From assembly GCA_963665125.2 (NCBI GenBank), contig CAXXUK010000002.1, positions 640,001 to 704,000 of the forward strand: DNA of 64,000 nucleotides, in the 5' to 3' direction. The notes under the pieces are model-generated. The model ran no database searches. It was not told the DNA's origin and saw nothing but the letters and a program-made list of their open reading frames with translations. This stretch comes from an uncultured Desulfarculus sp. (GTDB lineage: Bacteria > Desulfobacterota > Desulfarculia > Desulfarculales > Desulfarculaceae). The number at the start of each line of letters is the position of its first letter. The stretch's first letter is position 1. The position numbers and the translations under genes are program-made. Shown in pieces: positions 56,901-64,000 of the stretch.

Positions 56901-59900
56901 AATGTCGCCCTCCGTGCGAGGGCGTGGATTGAAACTAACCCAAGTCGGTCAATAATTTCGGCTCCACCTCGGTCGCCCTCCGTGCGAGGGCGTGGATTGA
57001 AACTTGCCGCCGGGCACCAAAACCAGCACTGTCTGCCGTCGCCCTCCGTGCGAGGGCGTGGATTGAAACAAACAATTTCGCGGACATGTAGTCTTTGATA
57101 ATGTCGCCCTCCGTGCGAGGGCGTGGATTGAAACATTTACTGTCGTCCGACGTTCTTCCCTTCAAAACGTCGCCCTCCGTGCGAGGGCGTGGATTGAAAC
57201 ACGTTTAGCGACACGTCTGCCACGATGAGCGCCAGTCGCCCTCCGTGCGAGGGCGTGGATTGAAACCTGAATACCAGATGTATATGGCGGCATCGTAATG
57301 TCGTCGCCCTCCGTGCGAGGGCGTGGATTGAAACTCGTCGTAATATCCCGCTCGGTAGGGAAACAAGACGTCGCCCTCCGTGCGAGGGCGTGGATTGAAA
57401 CCGCAGATCCCAATACGGCTTGGACTGTAATTCAGTGTCGCCCTCCGTGCGAGGGCGTGGATTGAAACAGCATAGTACCCAGCCACGCCAGCACCAAGAA
57501 TAGTCGCCCTCCGTGCGAGGGCGTGGATTGAAACACTCCGGACATGTGCCGGGAACGAATCGCAAAAGGTCGCCCTCCGTGCGAGGGCGTGGATTGAAAC
57601 ATCAACAACTGGGGCTTCACCGCCCTCGCCCGCGTCGCCCTCCGTGCGAGGGCGTGGATTGAAACCTCCCCGGCCCGTATCTCCGCGCCATGTGCCTGGG
57701 TCGCCCTCCGTGCGAGGGCGTGGATTGAAACATCTATTGAAACGCGCCAGTACCGATACGTCTGGGTCGCCCTCCGTGCGAGGGCGTGGATTGAAACCAC
57801 TGACAAATATGATATGGCAAGTCTCGGCGGCGTCGCCCTCCGTGCGAGGGCGTGGATTGAAACCGACATAACTCCGGTAAAGCCCTCGACGCCGCGTCGC
57901 CCTCCGTGCGAGGGCGTGGATTGAAACTGCATTCGGCCAATATGGGTCAACGTTGACAAATCGTCGCCCTCCGTGCGAGGGCGTGGATTGAAACATATCG
58001 CGCCATGCAAGCGGTATCGGGCCAAGGATGTCGCCCTCCGTGCGAGGGCGTGGATTGAAACTTTGTCAACGCCTACCAGAAGCAGAAAATCAGCAACGTC
58101 GCCCTCCGTGCGAGGGCGTGGATTGAAACTTCGTTGTGTAATTAAGCGCTCCGTAATGCGGCGAGTCGCCCTCCGTGCGAGGGCGTGGATTGAAACCCAC
58201 CGCCGGGCAATGCCTTGACCCATACCGGGGTCGCCCTCCGTGCGAGGGCGTGGATTGAAACACTGTTATGTGGCCCACGTTGTCGAAGAAGAAAAGTCGC
58301 CCTCCGTGCGAGGGCGTGGATTGAAACTATAAATGGCAGACTTCTTTGATATTGAGTCGTTGTCGCCCTCCGTGCGAGGGCGTGGATTGAAACATTCATC
58401 AGCCTCCGCGCATCCACCGGGCATAAAAGTCGCCCTCCGTGCGAGGGCGTGGATTGAAACAGACCGGTGGAGACGGAATTTAACCGCCTTGCGGCGTCGC
58501 CCTCCGTGCGAGGGCGTGGATTGAAACCATACCAACGCCTCATCTGGGCAAAGCCGGGCCAGTCGCCCTCCGTGCGAGGGCGTGGATTGAAACTTCGATT
58601 AACGAGGCTGAACCGCGCCCCTTGAAGTCGCCCTCCGTGCGAGGGCGTGGATTGAAACTTCTACGCACCCAATATCTTCGCGGACGATTCGAGCGGTCGC
58701 CCTCCGTGCGAGGGCGTGGATTGAAACGTAGGGCATCAGGTCTCTGATCTCAATGGAGCGTGTCGCCCTCCGTGCGAGGGCGTGGATTGAAACTCTTTGG
58801 AGGCACTCTCCAATGCTTTTTCGGCGAGTCGCCCTCCGTGCGAGGGCGTGGATTGAAACTTCGCTTGGTGTAATTAGGCTAAAATCAACGCCGGTCGCCC
58901 TCCGTGCGAGGGCGTGGATTGAAACACTGTCTGTTGGGATATACAGCCCAGGGTCCACGTCGCCCTCCGTGCGAGGGCGTGGATTGAAACATCCCACCAA
59001 GGCCGATACACTAAACCGCCATGCCCTGTCGCCCTCCGTGCGAGGGCGTGGATTGAAACCAGAGCCCCGGCGGGAAGCTGAAGCCCTGGTTTTGTCGCCC
59101 TCCGTGCGAGGGCGTGGATTGAAACAGGTCTGGGGTGGATGCGTCTGGGGCCTTGAATGTCGCCCTCCGTGCGAGGGCGTGGATTGAAACAGCTCGGCCG
59201 TGTAAATCTTGGCCGAGTTCTGGGGTCGCCCTCCGTGCGAGGGCGTGGATTGAAACAGGCCCATGGAGGCCAGCATCTCCAGGAATAGATGTCGCCCTCC
59301 GTGCGAGGGCGTGGATTGAAACTGTTCTCCTAAAAAGCCGACATGCTGCCAGCTTTGGTCGCCCTCCGTGCGAGGGCGTGGATTGAAACCAGTCCACGCC
59401 GTCAAGGCCCGCGGCTTGGGCCAGTCGCCCTCCGTGCGAGGGCGTGGATTGAAACCAAAAGCCATTTCGGCAATTCAATTGTGCTTCTGGGTCGCCCTCC
59501 GTGCGAGGGCGTGGATTGAAACTGCGGACCCCAACAGCTGGGGCCGCCCCATGCGGGGTCGCCCTCCGTGCGAGGGCGTGGATTGAAACAACTCCCGTGT
59601 GGTGGTGGGTGGAAAGGGAGCATGTCGCCCTCCGTGCGAGGGCGTGGATTGAAACTATTTCGGCATGGTATGAGAGCGCCATTTATCCCGTCGCCCTCCG
59701 TGCGAGGGCGTGGATTGAAACACTTCCAGGGTTATGCGGCTGGCCCAGCGGGGCGTCGCCCTCCGTGCGAGGGCGTGGATTGAAACAAGTACGCCAACGG
59801 CTGCAAGCGCCTGGAGAACATGTCGCCCTCCGTGCGAGGGCGTGGATTGAAACCGCTCACCCTCTGGCGGCCGGGCCCCATCCATGGTCGCCCTCCGTGC

Positions 59901-61446
59901 GAGGGCGTGGATTGAAACTGGGCTCGTCGCATTCGCCGTGCGCTGTCGTGCAGGTCGCCCTCCGTGCGAGGGCGTGGATTGAAACCAGAGCACCTGGCCC
60001 AGGCTCTCGTCAATGTTGGATGTCGCCCTCCGTGCGAGGGCGTGGATTGAAACTTTCCGAAGATTTCGCATTTGTCGAAGGCATGAAGTCGCCCTCCGTG
60101 CGAGGGCGTGGATTGAAACAAGGTGCAGGCCCAGGCGGTGCAGACCAAATTCGGTCGCCCTCCGTGCGAGGGCGTGGATTGAAACGTTGGCCATCCAATA
60201 CGCCCGGTCCTTGATGTCCGGTCGCCCTCCGTGCGAGGGCGTGGATTGAAACATTCTCCGCTATGACAAGATTGGTGGGGATGTTCAGTCGCCCTCCGTG
60301 CGAGGGCGTGGATTGAAACAAGGGCCAAACCGCCAAAGACGGCAAGGAAACATGTCGCCCTCCGTGCGAGGGCGTGGATTGAAACAAATGACAACTCAAT
60401 ATTGTCGAAAAACGACCGTCGCCCTCCGTGCGAGGGCGTGGATTGAAACACCTTGTCGTCAGACGTAGCCGCTTTGGCCAGACGTCGCCCTCCGTGCGAG
60501 GGCGTGGATTGAAACCAAATCCAAGCTGATGGCCTCGATCGCGCTGAGAGTCGCCCTCCGTGCGAGGGCGTGGATTGAAACCTCGCCGGGATTCAGGGCC
60601 ATGGCGTACTCGGGGTCGCCCTCCGTGCGAGGGCGTGGATTGAAACATGGCTGATTGCGCGGGTTTTGCCGTTCCACCAAAGTCGCCCTCCGTGCGAGGG
60701 CGTGGATTGAAACAACACCCCCTTGTTTGGTTTTGGCACCCGCCATTGTCGCCCTCCGTGCGAGGGCGTGGATTGAAACCGCTTCGTCGCGCAACAAGTC
60801 CCACGTTTCGTCTAGTCGCCCTCCGTGCGAGGGCGTGGATTGAAACGATATAGCTAGCCTCTCGCATGTACCAACCGGCAATGTCGCCCTCCGTGCGAGG
60901 GCGTGGATTGAAACTTCGTCAGCGGCGCAATTATTGCCCATAAGCATGTCGCCCTCCGTGCGAGGGCGTGGATTGAAACATGATATACACCAGCCCGGAA
61001 TACGACGCGGCCGCGGGTCGCCCTCCGTGCGAGGGCGTGGATTGAAACATCGAGGACGTCATCACCCCCATGATCGAGGCCGTCGCCCTCCGTGCGAGGG
61101 CGTGGATTGAAACAATAACGACTGCGTGGAAGAATCACGGGCCATGGTCGCCCTCCGTGCGAGGGCGTGGATTGAAACCACTTAGTGCCCTGCAACAGTA
61201 ACGGGGAACCGGTCGCCCTCCGTGCGAGGGCGTGGATTGAAACCGTTTCGCGGGCATCGATTATGAGTCGGACGCCCTGTCGCCCTCCGTGCGAGGGCGT
61301 GGATTGAAACGATATAGCTAGCCTCTCGCATGTACCAACCGGCAATGTCGCCCTCCGTGCGAGGGCGTGGATTGAAACGATATAGCTAGCCTCTCGCATG
61401 TACCAACCGGCAATGTCGCCCTCCGTGCGAGGGCGTGGATTGAAAC
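53987..61446 (+). CRISPR. Type I-C array, 113 repeats of 32 bp (GTCGCCCTCCGTGCGAGGGCGTGGATTGAAAC) and 112 internal spacers of about 32-37 nt
   Basis: Repeats counted manually; hairpin CGCCCTC/GAGGGCG and 3' ATTGAAAC; adjacent to cas2. Confidence 0.98.
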
Positions 61447-61566
61447 TTATTAATGCTGTATTGCGCGTTGCATTCAATCTCTAGTTACCCTTGTCGGCTA
61501 CAAGTTGCCCTCACCAAACCTAGACTCTTTAGTCTTCATCAGCTACAATATAAATACTTAATATCA

Positions 61567-61593
61567 CGAAACATAAAGCTGGTTATGCATCTC
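61567..61593. other. Candidate tyrosine-recombinase core site
   Basis: cgaaaCATAA-agctgg-TTATGcatctc: inverted arms around a 6-bp spacer, about 20 bp before the recombinase ATG. Confidence 0.55.
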
Positions 61594-61611
61594 ATAATTC
61601 ACCCCTGATTC

Positions 61612-62556
61612 ATGCTCCAAGACAACAATCTGATTGCCGTGTCAAGCCAAGGCGCGGGCCTTGCCCGGCCCGAGGCGGCGCGTCCGGAAAACCTCTGGCT
61701 GCACAACTTCATCAGCCCCAACACCAAGGCCGCTTACCGGCAGGCCGTGCTTAGCTTTGTTCAATTCGTCGGGCTGAGCGGGCCGGACGACCTGAGGCGG
61801 GTGGATCGCGGCATGGTGCTGGCCTGGCGCGGGTACATGGAGGCGATAGGCTTTGCGCCGCGCACCATCCGCGCCCGGCTGGCCGCCCTTAGCTCGCTGT
61901 TCGGAGATCTGTGCGAGGCCCAACTCATCGGCTTGAATCCCTGCCATGGTCTCAAGCGCCCCAGCGTCAACGACCGCCAGGTGGAGAGCGTGCTGCTGAC
62001 CAAGGCCCAGGCCCGGCGGCTGCTGGCCGCGCCCGACCCCGGCACCCTGGCGGGCAAGCGCGACCTGGCCATCCTGTGTGTGCTGCTCTACACCGGGGCC
62101 AGAATCAGCGAAGCAGCCGGGCTCAAGGTCTGCGACCTGTTCGAGGACGCTGGTTTCTGGGTGCTGCGCTACCGCATCAAGGGCGGCAAGACCATCCGCA
62201 ATCCTTTGAGTAGCCAGCTCCTGTATTGGCTGCGGCAGTGGCTGGAGGCGGCAGGACACGGCCTCGAGGACGACAGCCCGCTGTTTCTGCCGGTGAAGCC
62301 GTTCGGGCCGAGGCGGCACCTGCGGCGGCTGCAAATTCAGCGCATCTTCGACAAATACGCCCGCCTGGCCGAACTGCCCGCCAAGGCCACGCCCCACTCC
62401 TGTCGGGCAACCTTTGCCAGCCACGCCTTGGACGCCGGGGTGCCCATCGAACTGGTGCAGGAGGCCCTGGGCCACGCCAGCATCGCCACCACCCGCAAGT
62501 ACTGCAAGAAACCCACCGCCTACCAAGAAGCGGCTACCCTACGTATTCATTATTAA
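61612..62556 (+). CDS. Tyrosine recombinase (XerC/D-, TnpI-like resolvase)
   Basis: SPNTKAAY, YTGARISE, KGGK, PHSCRATF, LGHASIATTRKY catalytic residues. Confidence 0.93.
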   Translation: MLQDNNLIAVSSQGAGLARPEAARPENLWLHNFISPNTKAAYRQAVLSFVQFVGLSGPDDLRRVDRGMVLAWRGYMEAIGFAPRTIRARLAALSSLFGDLCEAQLIGLNPCHGLKRPSVNDRQVESVLLTKAQARRLLAAPDPGTLAGKRDLAILCVLLYTGARISEAAGLKVCDLFEDAGFWVLRYRIKGGKTIRNPLSSQLLYWLRQWLEAAGHGLEDDSPLFLPVKPFGPRRHLRRLQIQRIFDKYARLAELPAKATPHSCRATFASHALDAGVPIELVQEALGHASIATTRKYCKKPTAYQEAATLRIHY

Positions 62557-62565
62557 CTTAAAACT

Positions 62566-62788
62566 ATGTCCAGATTCTGGGATGAAGTCGACGCAACCGG
62601 CCGCTTCGAACTGCGGCAATCCGGCCGTGTGCTGGCCAGCGCCCAGCCCTCGAGCAGGGCGGCCGTACGCACCCTGCGCCTGTGGGCCAGCAGACAAGAC
62701 GGCGCGCGCCTGCACTGGCGGCAATTCAACAGGCTGCGTGTGGCATGGAAGCGATGGCTACTGAGGTTTAGGGTGAAGGGATATGAGG
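62566..62788 (+). pseudogene. Small hypothetical gene probably interrupted by IS481
   Basis: ORF 62566-62832 starts 9 bp after the recombinase and reads across the IS end at 62789. Confidence 0.4.
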
Positions 62789-64000
62789 TGTCCAGGTCGA
62801 GAAAAGCGTTGACAGGTCAAGGTCCTAGCTGAAGGAGCCATGGCCTTCCGGTTAAGATGGTTCAAGCCAAAAGAAACATCTTAATTGAAAGGAAGGACCA
62901 TGACTCAATCGCAGTATATCATCAACCGCAAGCTCAATATCCTGGAGTTGGGCCAGGCTCTGGGAAACATCTCCGAGGCCTGCCGCAAGCTGGGCATCAG
63001 CCGCCAGCACTATTACGACATCAAGCAAGCTATCGATGAGGAAGGGCTGGAAGGGCTCTTGGAGAAAAGCCGCCGGGTGCCCAGGATAGGCAACCGTGTG
63101 GCACCTGCGATAGAGCAGAAAGTGCTGGATTATTCTTTACAGTTTCCCACTCACGGCCAGACCAGGGTGGCCAACGAACTGAAGAAAATCGGTATCCAGG
63201 TCAGCGCCGGAGGCATTCGCAGCATCTGGCTACGGCACGATCTGACGCTCAAGGCACAGCGACTCAAGCGTCTGGAAAAATGGGCGGCGGAAAACACCGA
63301 GGTGCTTACCGAATCCCAGGTCCAGGCCCTGGAGAACGCCAAGCAGGAAAAAGAAGCCCACGGTGAGGTGGAAAGCCCCCATCCAGGCTTTCTGGTGGCC
63401 CAGGACACCTGCTATGTGGGCATTATCAAGGGCATAGGCCGCATCTACCAGCAAACGGCCATCGACACTCACGGCAGCCATGGCTTTGCCAAGGTCTACC
63501 GGGAAAAGACGGCCCTGACCGCAGCCGACCTGCTCAACGACAGGGTGCTGCCTTTTTACGACCACCACGGCATCAGGGTGCATCGGGTGCTAACCGACAA
63601 TGGCCCGGAGCTGTGCGGGCGTCAGGACAGCCACCCCTACGAGCTATTTCTGCACCTCAACGACATCGAGCACACCAGAACCAAGGTGCGCCACCCCCAG
63701 ACCAACGGAGCGGTGGAGCGGCTCCACCAGACCATCCAAAATGAATTCTATGAGGTGGCCTTCCGGAAAAAGCTGTACCGCACGCTGGATGAAATCCAGG
63801 CCGACCTGGACGCTTTCATGACCTACTACAACACCGAACGGACCCATCAGGGCCGCTATTGCCAGGGGCGCACTCCTTTTCAGACCTTTACCGACGGCCT
63901 GGAACTGTATCAAAAGCATGTCCATGAAGGGATAGAAATCGAGGACGCAGCGTAGTAACCTAAACCATCTGCCGGAAGGCCGAACTGTCAACGCAATTAA
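62789..64000 (+). mobile_element. IS481-family insertion sequence (right tip about 11 bp beyond the window)
   Basis: Starts TGT; subterminal GCGTTGACAG matched by CTGTCAACGC at 63985-63994. Confidence 0.8.
62900..63955 (+). CDS. IS481-family transposase
   Basis: GNISEACRKLGISRQHYY HTH; AQDT, LTDNG, PQTNGAVER, YNTERTHQG; AAGGAAGG RBS. Confidence 0.95.
   Translation: MTQSQYIINRKLNILELGQALGNISEACRKLGISRQHYYDIKQAIDEEGLEGLLEKSRRVPRIGNRVAPAIEQKVLDYSLQFPTHGQTRVANELKKIGIQVSAGGIRSIWLRHDLTLKAQRLKRLEKWAAENTEVLTESQVQALENAKQEKEAHGEVESPHPGFLVAQDTCYVGIIKGIGRIYQQTAIDTHGSHGFAKVYREKTALTAADLLNDRVLPFYDHHGIRVHRVLTDNGPELCGRQDSHPYELFLHLNDIEHTRTKVRHPQTNGAVERLHQTIQNEFYEVAFRKKLYRTLDEIQADLDAFMTYYNTERTHQGRYCQGRTPFQTFTDGLELYQKHVHEGIEIEDAA

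Larger units (their letters stand above)
26401..64000. mobile_element. tRNA-Arg-integrated mobilisable genomic island (right end not seen in the window)
   Basis: tRNA fragment at the left border; abrupt GC drop; primase, relaxase/mobC, TA modules, CRISPR-Cas, tyrosine recombinase; no housekeeping genes. Confidence 0.75.

Noticed and set aside
53987..61446. Self-targeting spacers against the island or window
   Set aside because: None noticed in spot checks; an exhaustive alignment could not be run, so absence is not established
53881..61477. Many ORFs with repeated FQSTPSHGGR / VSIHALARRAT / SPSVRGRGLK peptides
   Set aside because: They are translations of the CRISPR repeat, not genes

Overview
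GC-rich chromosomal DNA of a sulfate-reducing Desulfobacterota (Desulfarculaceae-like, inferred from gene content) in two parts. 1-26.3 kb is host backbone: the dsrTMKJOP operon (dsrP cut by the window edge), a frameshifted Ntn-hydrolase, small enzymes, a 2-hydroxyacyl-CoA dehydratase/activator triad, membrane/TPR genes, a three-gene cell-surface cluster (large repeat protein, beta-barrel protein, PKD/Ig protein) and an IS5 copy. At 26356-26400 the 3' half of tRNA-Arg(ACG) marks an att site. To its right an integrated mobilisable element apparently runs to or beyond the window end. It carries low-GC RES and DEDDh-BRCT genes, an HTH/coiled-coil gene, a DnaG-like primase, an XRE regulator, three toxin-antitoxin loci, a leading-region-like block (orphan N6-methyltransferase, two DUF2958-like paralogues), oriT-mobC-MOBP relaxase, a complete type I-C CRISPR-Cas locus (113 repeats by manual count), a TnpI/Xer-like recombinase and an IS481 copy. 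The most unusual observation is a pilin / VirB6-like / DUF5673-like gene block that looks Patescibacteria (CPR)-type. No VirB4 or VirD4 is visible, and most element-backbone genes lack Shine-Dalgarno motifs, unlike host genes. All family assignments come from motif recognition, not database searches.
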